A model generated the notes under the pieces. That model had not been told where the DNA came from, did not search any database, and saw only the letters and a program-made list of their open reading frames with translations. A stretch of DNA of 55,298 bases from IMG/VR virus record IMGVR_UViG_3300030107_001856, positions 1 to 55,298 of that record, one strand, 5' to 3'. Below are positions 17,692 to 25,350 of the stretch, piece after piece (the first letter of the stretch is position 1; the number at the start of each line of letters is the position of its first letter). Source of the stretch: a virus. Taxonomy: Duplodnaviria; Caudoviricetes. Both the position numbers and the translations under genes were made by a program.

Positions 17692-17754
17692 AACACACCT
17701 CCTATATAAACTCTATTTGCTTTGTCGTTTTACTGAAGTTTTATTGGGTTGTTG

Positions 17755-17943
17755 TTATGCCACGAAGCGGTGGTTTTTTATAACCCCTATTATATACCCT
17801 TTAGGATAAGTACGGAGTATACTATCGTATGCTTTACGGGGGGTTGTCTCATAAGATGGTAGCACTTCTACAGTACCGCCATATTGTTTTTTATAAACTA
17901 CTTTAAAAGGCTGATTAGGAAAACATTTTAGTTTTATACGCAT
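17755..17943 (-). CDS. Hypothetical early protein
   Basis: AAGGA SD directly downstream of a promoter. Confidence 0.6.
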   Translation of the reverse strand: MRIKLKCFPNQPFKVVYKKQYGGTVEVLPSYETTPRKAYDSILRTYPKGYIIGVIKNHRFVA

Positions 17944-17987
17944 GGATTTGTATCCTTACTTGTTTGTTTGTGTTTTAATTAAAGATT

Positions 17988-18016
17988 GTTATATCACAAT
18001 GTTAGTTGAAAGTCAA
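17988..18016 (-). promoter_or_regulatory. Sigma70-type promoter
   Basis: TTGACT-17 bp-TATAAC. Confidence 0.7.
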
Positions 18017-18030
18017 ATAGTTTTTAGCTA

Positions 18031-18264
18031 CTACTGCCTGACCTTTACCTCTGAGATATCCCATTCTACTGCCTTATAACTAGATTTATACTTGGCCTGT
18101 TTGCCAAGGCTATATACCTTCTTTACATCCAGCCCATGCATATCTGCTATTAGTTGTGCAGTTTGCATAGACCAGTTAGGGTTAGCCTTGGCAGAGTGCC
18201 AGATAAATTCCATGATAGAATTATACTCTAGTTGTTTTTGAAGTTGTTGTTTAGTCAGGCTCAT
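18031..18264 (-). CDS. Hypothetical early protein (possible small HTH)
   Basis: 77 aa; TAQLIADMHGLDVKKVYSL is HTH-like. Confidence 0.6.
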   Translation of the reverse strand: MSLTKQQLQKQLEYNSIMEFIWHSAKANPNWSMQTAQLIADMHGLDVKKVYSLGKQAKYKSSYKAVEWDISEVKVRQ

Positions 18265-18682
18265 TTGATTTTACTAAACCATCATCAACTAACGCAGACT
18301 TGAGATCATCCATCTGATCCTCACCCCATGCTGATATTTTGACGATAGACCAGTCGGGCCTATTGTGATATTGCTCTTCATTTAATCTTTTAAAGATACC
18401 AATAACATCCCCAGCTTGAGCATACTTTTTAAGACCAGATATACTAATCCGTTTATCGCCCCTAGTCTTAGCCTTATAGCATCGGATACAACTAATGACG
18501 TTATCATAAACATACGGGGGAAAGTACTCGCTCTTAAATGCTATGCCATCCCCATTTGTTAGGATATTATATGTACCCTCGAACAATTTAATAACGCTTT
18601 TGTTTGCGTCTATGATGTGCTTGTCCAACATGGTTTGAGTAACCTTGATCTCAGCGTAGTCTGTATTAAACATAGAAGTCAT
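18251..18682 (-). CDS. Stand-alone B3/EcoRII-N-like DNA-recognition domain protein
   Basis: AAGGA SD before ATG 18682; IKVTQTMLDK.IIDANKSV...CYKAKTRGDKRISISGLKKYAQAGD resembles the N-terminal domain of MvaI/BcnI-associated restriction proteins. Confidence 0.55.
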   Translation of the reverse strand: MTSMFNTDYAEIKVTQTMLDKHIIDANKSVIKLFEGTYNILTNGDGIAFKSEYFPPYVYDNVISCIRCYKAKTRGDKRISISGLKKYAQAGDVIGIFKRLNEEQYHNRPDWSIVKISAWGEDQMDDLKSALVDDGLVKSNEPD

Positions 18683-18839
18683 ATTTGTTTTTCCTTTTTG
18701 TGTTGTTGTTGTTAGTTTGTTTATCTTTAGTTCTATCGTACGCACCTTTACCCTTTTTGGGTTTGACTATCTGTTGACGGGGGCGATTATATGCAACCGC
18801 CCTCGCTACAGGATTGATAGGTTTTATTCTATCTGTCAT
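18666..18839 (-). CDS. arfA: ArfA-like alternative ribosome-rescue factor (not in ORF track)
   Basis: 57 aa MTDRIKPINPVARAVAYNRPRQQIVKPKKGKGAYDRTK...; N-x-x-A...RQ.IVK.KKGKG[SA]Y.R signature; overlaps both flanking genes. Confidence 0.72.
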   Translation of the reverse strand: MTDRIKPINPVARAVAYNRPRQQIVKPKKGKGAYDRTKDKQTNNNNTKRKNKYDFYV

Positions 18840-18990
18840 CCGTTGTCAATTGATTAATATAATTGTTTACAAATGCCATGTACTCGGCTGTCTGCATGAT
18901 AAATTTATTTAAATCTCCGGAAAGGTAAAGCTCCCTACCCTCTTCCTCAAATTTTTTTTTACGAAATTCGTAATCACTATAGCTTATCAT
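18829..18990 (-). CDS. Hypothetical early protein (not in ORF track)
   Basis: AGGAG SD right after promoter; 53 aa MISYSDYEFRKKKFEEEGRELYLSGDLNKFIMQTAEYMAFVNNYINQLTTDDR. Confidence 0.65.
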   Translation of the reverse strand: MISYSDYEFRKKKFEEEGRELYLSGDLNKFIMQTAEYMAFVNNYINQLTTDDR

Positions 18991-19027
18991 TTGTTTGTGT
19001 CTCCTAAATAAAAATTAAAGATACCCT

Positions 19028-19056
19028 ACTATAACTAAGCCAGAATAAACTGTCAA
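19028..19056 (-). promoter_or_regulatory. Sigma70-type early promoter (leftward)
   Basis: TTGACA-17 bp-TATAGT. Confidence 0.8.
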
Positions 19057-19068
19057 GTTTTTTTTTAG

Positions 19069-19097
19069 TTGACAACCTTATTTTTTTTTGCTAAACT
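19069..19097 (+). promoter_or_regulatory. Sigma70-type promoter (rightward) for the inverted gene
   Basis: TTGACA-17 bp (containing T9)-TAAACT with extended -10 TG. Confidence 0.75.
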
Positions 19098-19224
19098 ACG
19101 TTCACTAATTGGTTGGGGTTAATTACTAAAGCAAGTTAATTTTTTTTTTTTGCGAGGGGTATACATATAAAACATAATATGCGATATTAGTTTTTTTTTT
19201 AATCTTATTAAGGGGCGATACAAA

Positions 19225-19881
19225 ATGCCAATAAGAGATCCTAATAAAATCCATTTTTCTAATATGACGGGCAAGTTGAAGGGACTGCGGGCGATTAGTA
19301 CCAATACAATTACTAATCCATTTTGTATTAAAATGAGTAGTACGAAAAAAGAAAATATAATCTGCGGTAAATGCTATTCGGTGAATATGTTAGAAACCTA
19401 CCGAAAAAATATGCAAGATTGTTTACAGCACAATAGCGACTTATTATCTAATTCAATTATTCAGTTTAGGCATTTACCATTCATTGTTGACGCCTATATC
19501 AGAGTAGACGCGCATGGCGAGTTGATAAACGATATACATCTAATTAACTTGTATAGATTAGCTGACAAAAATCCGCACACTACGTTCGCTATATGGACCA
19601 AAAGAAAAGATATAGTTAACAGTGTAAATAAGACGCGAGAAACGCCCTCTAATGTCATATTGATATTTTCTAATGCTATTATAAATAACGTTAACTACTC
19701 GCCCCCTAAACATTTCCACAAGGTATTTAATAACGTTACAGATAATCATAAGAAAAGAGAACAGAATTGCACGGGTCAAATCTGTATAGAATGCATGGCG
19801 TGTTATAAACACGATAGCGGTATAAACGTTATTATCGAAGCTGAGAAAAAGAATGGTCGCACTATTAAGACTAAACATTAG
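19225..19881 (+). CDS. Gp88-like Cys-rich protein (radical-SAM-like fold), inverted in the early arm
   Basis: NPFC...ICGKCYS, IRVDAHGEL, NP.TTFAIWTKR, P.NV.LIFS, C-terminal NCTGQICIECMACY. Confidence 0.65.
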   Translation: MPIRDPNKIHFSNMTGKLKGLRAISTNTITNPFCIKMSSTKKENIICGKCYSVNMLETYRKNMQDCLQHNSDLLSNSIIQFRHLPFIVDAYIRVDAHGELINDIHLINLYRLADKNPHTTFAIWTKRKDIVNSVNKTRETPSNVILIFSNAIINNVNYSPPKHFHKVFNNVTDNHKKREQNCTGQICIECMACYKHDSGINVIIEAEKKNGRTIKTKH

Positions 19882-19886
19882 GCAAT

Positions 19887-19922
19887 AAAAAACCCCCCAA
19901 GCATTACAGCAAGGGGGGTTTA
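19887..19922. terminator. Bidirectional intrinsic terminator between convergent genes
   Basis: AAAAAACCCCCC...GGGGGGTTT stem with A/T tails. Confidence 0.8.
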
Positions 19923-19938
19923 ATTAGGGCTAGTTAAT

Positions 19939-20898
19939 TTATGCGGCTAGTCTCAAAAATTGCTCACTTCCAACTATTCGCGCTACTTCCCGTTCTCTGG
20001 TATCCAACGTGATAGCAATATTATCTACATTAGCTGAGTTTCTAACGGGGAAATCTACAGCATGAGAACTATACGCCGTTAGGGCTGAGTATAACGCCCA
20101 TACAGTTCGCCCCCTATCGTGTGCTTCGTTCTCCAATTGTTGCATCATCAACTTGACCTTGCGCCCTGCCATTCCGCAATCATTCAAGACCGCTTCCGCT
20201 TGTTCGGGGGTAATAGACTTTTGCGCCCATTGTCTCCACGTATTAACACGGGTTAAAAACTGAGCGCATTGCTCTTCGATAAACCCTGCGAATATGGATG
20301 GAGTAAAACCGCTAGTGTGACGGGCTGATTTCTTATTGTATTCCGCACTAGTGCAACCGTTAGTACACCATAAGTCTTCAGCCCCCGAAAATAAACGAAT
20401 AGATCCGCCACCATTAAATGAATTAGTTAATCCAATCTTAAATAATAACTGGGTTGATGATCCCGATAACTGCCGTATGTCCGCGCCTAGTCCGCTGAAT
20501 AATAAATCAATGCGGGTAAACTGGCCCCCAAAGCTAGAACGCTCAGTCAATTTAATATCGCGCAATGCTTCGCGGGGTAAAGCTGTTTCAGCCCCTTCTT
20601 TAATCATATCATAAAGGGGGGCGTTATCTGCTATCCCGTAAGTAGATCCAACAATGCCTAAATTGCGTCCATTGTCAGTACGTTTCACAAATCGGCCTAA
20701 CGGGTCTTCTTTAAACCTAGTATGGGGGTTATATTCTAGCCCGTATGAATTATCCAAGTATTCCGATCTAACGGCATCATAGACGGGAGATAATACCGCA
20801 TGAAAATCTGTTTTATCAGTCAATGACGGCCATTCAATACCATTTAAAGAAGAATTATTGACTGCGAAATTATTTAAAGTGATTACGTTATTATTCAT
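19939..20898 (-). CDS. DUF932-family protein
   Basis: RTD.G..LGIVGSTY.I.DN, LTNSFNG, LWCTNG, ARHT, G.TVWALYSALTAYSSH. Confidence 0.82.
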   Translation of the reverse strand: MNNNVITLNNFAVNNSSLNGIEWPSLTDKTDFHAVLSPVYDAVRSEYLDNSYGLEYNPHTRFKEDPLGRFVKRTDNGRNLGIVGSTYGIADNAPLYDMIKEGAETALPREALRDIKLTERSSFGGQFTRIDLLFSGLGADIRQLSGSSTQLLFKIGLTNSFNGGGSIRLFSGAEDLWCTNGCTSAEYNKKSARHTSGFTPSIFAGFIEEQCAQFLTRVNTWRQWAQKSITPEQAEAVLNDCGMAGRKVKLMMQQLENEAHDRGRTVWALYSALTAYSSHAVDFPVRNSANVDNIAITLDTREREVARIVGSEQFLRLAA

Positions 20899-21006
20899 AG
20901 TTTTGTATCCTATTCCTATATATCAGTTAAAAAAGTAACAATTAACAATAGCATAATTAATGCTAATGTATAGACTGAAAAAGATAATAATAATAATCCC
21001 ATACTA

Positions 21007-21198
21007 TCATACTTCAATTATATATGACTGGGTACGGGAATGATTAGTTATCTCAATCTTATTAGATATCCATTTCCTAAGATCAACCCTATACCCTAGA
21101 TATTTAAGAGTAGTATGAACATCCGATCCAGTCGCATTACCACAACAATAGTCGTATATAACGTCTTCAATTGCGGTTTGTATCTTATCGTTTAACAT
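21007..21198 (-). CDS. Hypothetical first early protein
   Basis: GGAG SD and upstream promoter. Confidence 0.6.
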   Translation of the reverse strand: MLNDKIQTAIEDVIYDYCCGNATGSDVHTTLKYLGYRVDLRKWISNKIEITNHSRTQSYIIEV

Positions 21199-21234
21199 AG
21201 TTTGTATTACTCCATAAGTTATTTAAGATAAGTT

Positions 21235-21263
21235 AAGATAACGTATTATGTATTTTTAAACAA
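21235..21263 (-). promoter_or_regulatory. Putative sigma70-type promoter
   Basis: TTGTTT-17 bp-TATCTT upstream of first early ORF. Confidence 0.45.
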
Positions 21264-21609
21264 GCGATTTAAACGCCCGCATTAGAAAAGCGACACTATA
21301 CCCCCCCTAGTATAGGGTATATATCTGTTAAATTAATGGGGTGTATTTATTCAATACGAATACTATTTATTTAAACTTCTTTTTCTTTTTTTTTTATAGC
21401 ACATAGGTTGTTGAAAACCAGCTATTTGCCCAGGCATTAATACTAGGTTGTTTTTGCTGGTTAATTTTATTCTTTTTTTACCCTAGGGGGCAAGGGCCAC
21501 CGCCCCTCCTCCGTACGTTATGTATGAAGTGTGCAACGGATAGGGTAAATACAGTGTCAACCACTTTGTCGCATATTACTAGACCCACACACGGCTCCTA
21601 CAGAAAACG

Positions 21610-21638
21610 TTGACATATCGCGGAATATTAAATATAGT
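21610..21638 (+). promoter_or_regulatory. Sigma70-type promoter at start of late arm
   Basis: TTGACA-17 bp-TATAGT. Confidence 0.75.
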
Positions 21639-21692
21639 ATTACTACTTGCGAGTTAGGGTATATATTTACCCCTCCCTATTCGATAACGAAT

Positions 21693-21721
21693 GTTATAAC
21701 ACATAAAAGGGAGTTCGTCAA
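21693..21721 (-). promoter_or_regulatory. Sigma70-type promoter facing the late-arm promoter
   Basis: TTGACG-17 bp-TATAAC with extended -10 TG. Confidence 0.6.
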
Positions 21722-21735
21722 GTAAAAAAGGTAAT

Positions 21736-22032
21736 ATGATGAAAAAAAATAACTTGACAAACAAAGACAAATACATACAACTATACTCAGATTCAGGTAA
21801 GTATTTACTAGAACGGTTCTACGCCGTATTAGAGCAGGGGTTTTTAGTTGACCCATTGTCTCTACCAACTAGCGATCAATACTATATCTGGGTAAGATTG
21901 CGAGAGTTGTTTCCATCTCGTAATTTAACATTGGGCGAGGTATGTAGGCTATTGCGTGAAGAGGGTTATACCAATAGTAAGGGCATACTGGAATCTAACG
22001 AGGAAGTAGAGGGGGAAGACCAGCCAACCTAG
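21736..22032 (+). CDS. Hypothetical protein
   Basis: AAGGT SD; 98 aa; first gene of late arm. Confidence 0.65.
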   Translation: MMKKNNLTNKDKYIQLYSDSGKYLLERFYAVLEQGFLVDPLSLPTSDQYYIWVRLRELFPSRNLTLGEVCRLLREEGYTNSKGILESNEEVEGEDQPT

Positions 22033-22089
22033 CTATGCTAATTCTTGCGAGGTTTGTTGTGGTCTAGGTTTGGACAGACGGTAGGGTAC

Positions 22090-22141
22090 GGCAGGGTTGT
22101 TCGTAGTCCTTATTGGTACGAATGCCCTGCCTTTTATTTTT
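22090..22141 (+). terminator. Intrinsic terminator/attenuator hairpin
   Basis: GGCAGGGT..TTCGTA / TACGAA.GCCCTGCC followed by TTTTATTTTT. Confidence 0.7.
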
Positions 22142-22169
22142 GTACATTACAGAGAAAGATTAGTGCGCT

Positions 22170-23135
22170 ATGACAACACAGGGAAATAAGGGCGATAGGG
22201 CTAGAAAAGTTGGTCGCAATAAAATTAGACAATTGGGCCTCGAACAACAGAGAAAAAATAGAGAAGCTGAGATAGCAAAAATAATAGAACAACTTGAACG
22301 CTATGAGGTATCTGGTATACGAAGAGTGCCTTTTGGAATTAAAAAAAGTAAAGATCAACTACTAAAAGAATTTAAAAATTTAATGGGCATAGATTACAAA
22401 AACTATAGGGGTATAACGCAAAGGTATTCTACAGAAGATAAAGGAACATCCAGATTTGATTTGCGTGGAAGAGGTAGAGGTTCAGAATTAGATGTAGGTA
22501 GAAATATACCTTTAACATCTTCTAAGCAAAAAAATAAAAAGCCCACTCAATTTTTAAATCAGAATAAACAAATAAATAAAGAAGAAAAATTAAAAGATTC
22601 TATTCCACGTAAAAAACCACTTTCTCCACCTATACCAAAACAAAACCCTAGAAGAACACCTAGCTTAGAAGAGACATTAAGAAAAAATCCAAAATTTAAA
22701 AAGGTAATGGATAATCAAATTATACAAAGATTCAACTACCCTGAAGCAGGAGATGACTCTTTTGAAGACGGACCACAAGCACCTAGTATAAAAAAATTAA
22801 AAGAAGCCCCACTATCTGCTCCAGAAGATAGAAACATAATAGAGCAACTCGTAAGTAAACTACTAGGCCGTGATATAAAATTTGAAGACATACCCGATGA
22901 CGATCCAGAATTTGGACAGGGCGAAGGGGGCATAGAATATCCAGCAGGTAGACCCGACTTGCGTATGGGGGGCATGACCGCTAGATCGGGCGCGACAACT
23001 AAATTTAAGAAGCCACTTGGTATGAAGGGTGGTGGTGCTATTTCTAGTGCGGAAAGAAAACGCATTGCCAGAATAGTGCAAGACTACAAACAGAAGAAAG
23101 CTAGAAAATCTAATGGCAAAAGAACTAACAGATAG
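22170..23135 (+). CDS. Basic, disordered hypothetical protein (possible internal head protein)
   Basis: 321 aa K/R/P-rich; LRMGG and MKGGG motifs near C-terminus. Confidence 0.65.
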   Translation: MTTQGNKGDRARKVGRNKIRQLGLEQQRKNREAEIAKIIEQLERYEVSGIRRVPFGIKKSKDQLLKEFKNLMGIDYKNYRGITQRYSTEDKGTSRFDLRGRGRGSELDVGRNIPLTSSKQKNKKPTQFLNQNKQINKEEKLKDSIPRKKPLSPPIPKQNPRRTPSLEETLRKNPKFKKVMDNQIIQRFNYPEAGDDSFEDGPQAPSIKKLKEAPLSAPEDRNIIEQLVSKLLGRDIKFEDIPDDDPEFGQGEGGIEYPAGRPDLRMGGMTARSGATTKFKKPLGMKGGGAISSAERKRIARIVQDYKQKKARKSNGKRTNR

Positions 23136-23517
23136 ACAGAGTACATTCCTAGACTGCTTGTTTGACGATGCCAATGGCAACATACGAACTGCTATGAAGA
23201 TTGCAGGGTATAGCGAAAACACTAAGACTAGCACCGTACTACAGACACTACAGAACGAGATAATAGATAGGACGCAAATGTATCTAGCGTCCAATGGGCC
23301 AATGGCAGCAATGGCAATGACAGGCGTACTAACTGACCCTACCGCTTTAGGTAATCGGGATAGGATATCAGCAGCCCGTGAAATTTTAGATAGAACGGGC
23401 ATAGTTAAAACAGAGAGAATAACAGTACAGGCTGAACCAGCAAGTATGATAATGTTCCCACCAAAGGCAAAGCCAAAGTATGACGAAGATGAGGAAGATG
23501 GAAGAAACACCCACTGA
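23113..23517 (+). CDS. terS: Terminase small subunit
   Basis: LTDRQ..FL...A...AGYS HTH; AAREILDRTG; position upstream of TerL. Confidence 0.75.
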   Translation: MAKELTDRQSTFLDCLFDDANGNIRTAMKIAGYSENTKTSTVLQTLQNEIIDRTQMYLASNGPMAAMAMTGVLTDPTALGNRDRISAAREILDRTGIVKTERITVQAEPASMIMFPPKAKPKYDEDEEDGRNTH

Positions 23518-23917
23518 AAACACTTGGAGGCCCGTAGTACGTAAGAGCCGACAGATACCGTTTGGGTATAAGGCTGATTTAAATGACGATACTATACTGT
23601 TGCCTATACAGGAGCAATTAGATGCATTACTTGAGGCTAAAGAGTATTTGAAAACGTGTAGTTATAGGGAGGTTTCTAGATGGTTATCTGCTAAAACGGG
23701 AAGGACTATAACGCATCAGGCACTACACAAATTAATAACAAAAGAAAGAGATAGACAGAATGCAGTCCAATCGTACAGACATTATGCCTCCAAAGCGAAA
23801 GAGTACGCCGAAAAGGAAAAGAGCATCCAAGAAAAAATCCTCTACGCTTCAGTTGAACAAAGAGGTGATAGAATCGACACCAGTTGGGCAGACGGACTCT
23901 TATCCTCCCAAGGTTAA
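23498..23917 (+). CDS. Conserved DNA-binding protein (recombinase-like IPFGY/HTH fragment)
   Basis: GAGGA SD; RQIPFGY...SYREVSRWLS..TGR.ITHQAL. Confidence 0.7.
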   Translation: MEETPTENTWRPVVRKSRQIPFGYKADLNDDTILLPIQEQLDALLEAKEYLKTCSYREVSRWLSAKTGRTITHQALHKLITKERDRQNAVQSYRHYASKAKEYAEKEKSIQEKILYASVEQRGDRIDTSWADGLLSSQG

Positions 23918-25337
23918 GGAACCTGTAGAGCAAGAACAAGACCCTAATAGAATACAGATAAACAAAGGCCCACAAGAAAGTTTTATAAATGCACCAGAGC
24001 GAGAGGTATTGTATGGTGGTGCTGCGGGGGGAGGTAAAAGTTTTGCGCTATTAATAGACCCACTAAGATACTGTCAGTATCCTGATCATAGCGCACTTAT
24101 ACTTAGGAGAACAAATGACGAACTTAGGGAACTTATTCACAAATCTACTGAATTATATCCGAAGTTTTATCGTGGGGCCAAATGGTCTGAAAGAAAAAGC
24201 CAATGGACTTTCCCTTCGGGTGCGAGAATTTGGCTCACGTACTTGGAACAGGATAAAGACGTATTGCGTTACCAAGGTCAGAGCTTTTCGTACGTGGGTT
24301 TCGATGAGCTTACGCAGTATCCTACATCGTTTCCGTGGGATTATCTCAGGTCGAGATTGAGGTCAACAAACCCTGAGATAGATGTATATATGAGAGCTAC
24401 TACAAACCCAGGAGGGCCAGGACATTCATGGGTTAAGAAGATGTTTATAGATCCATCAACCCCAAACAAATCGTTTTGGGCTAGAGATCCTGAAACAAAG
24501 GAGGTACTAAAGTACCCGAAAGGTCACACTAGAGCAGGAGAGCCATTATTCCAAAGAAGGTTTATACCTGCTAGTTTAAAAGATAATCCATATCTATATA
24601 ACACAGGTGACTATGAAACAATGTTGTTGTCTCTGCCAGAGGTACAAAGAAAACAATTACTATACGGAAGTTGGGATATTGCAGAGGGTGCTGCGTTTAC
24701 AGAGTTTGACAGAAAGACCCACGTAATAGAGCCGTATGACATACCTAGTGGGTGGAGAAAATTTAGGGCGTGTGACTATGGTTATGGTTCTTATTCTGCT
24801 GTTCTTTGGTTTGCTGTTACGCCAGATGATACGTTGGTTGTGTACAGGGAGTTGTACGTAAGAAAAGTTTTAGCAGTAGAGTTGGCTAGAATTATATTGA
24901 ATTTAGAAAGCCAAGATGGTAAAATGGCGTATGGTGTTTTAGACTCCTCTTGTTGGCATAAAAGAGGGGATACAGGCCCTAGTCTAGCGGAGCAAATGAT
25001 ACTAGAGGGTTGTAAGTTTAGGCCATCAGATAGAAGTAGAGGTAGTAGGGTAAGTGGTAAAAACGAAATACACAGACTACTACGTGTAGACGAAGACACT
25101 GACATGGCTGGTATACAGATATTTAATACGTGTACAAATTTAATTGCACAATTACCTATCTTGCCATTAGACAAGAGAAACCCAGAGGATATTGACACAC
25201 ACTCAGAAGACCACCTATACGATGCACTAAGATACGGAATACAATCTAGACCAGTGCCTAGAAATATATTTGATCTAGATCCTTCAACATCAGGCAAAGA
25301 GGCATTTAAACCTGCTGATGCAGTATTTGGATATTAA
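23784..25337 (+). CDS. terL: Terminase large subunit
   Basis: YGGAAGGGKS Walker A, FDELTQ Walker B, TTNPGG, RACDYG, DHLYDALRY; start codon uncertain. Confidence 0.95.
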   Translation: MPPKRKSTPKRKRASKKKSSTLQLNKEVIESTPVGQTDSYPPKVKEPVEQEQDPNRIQINKGPQESFINAPEREVLYGGAAGGGKSFALLIDPLRYCQYPDHSALILRRTNDELRELIHKSTELYPKFYRGAKWSERKSQWTFPSGARIWLTYLEQDKDVLRYQGQSFSYVGFDELTQYPTSFPWDYLRSRLRSTNPEIDVYMRATTNPGGPGHSWVKKMFIDPSTPNKSFWARDPETKEVLKYPKGHTRAGEPLFQRRFIPASLKDNPYLYNTGDYETMLLSLPEVQRKQLLYGSWDIAEGAAFTEFDRKTHVIEPYDIPSGWRKFRACDYGYGSYSAVLWFAVTPDDTLVVYRELYVRKVLAVELARIILNLESQDGKMAYGVLDSSCWHKRGDTGPSLAEQMILEGCKFRPSDRSRGSRVSGKNEIHRLLRVDEDTDMAGIQIFNTCTNLIAQLPILPLDKRNPEDIDTHSEDHLYDALRYGIQSRPVPRNIFDLDPSTSGKEAFKPADAVFGY

Positions 25338-25350
25338 GAGAAGGTAAAGA

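Noticed and set aside
21555-21560. Additional leftward TTGACA promoter
   Set aside because: No acceptable -10 hexamer at 16-18 bp spacing
21200-22170. tRNA or tmRNA genes in the non-coding region
   Set aside because: No cloverleaf with T-loop GTTCRA and matching acceptor stem could be found by eye here or in other spacers
23498-23917. Serine recombinase/integrase
   Set aside because: Only a short IPFGY/HTH-like segment; no catalytic resolvase domain
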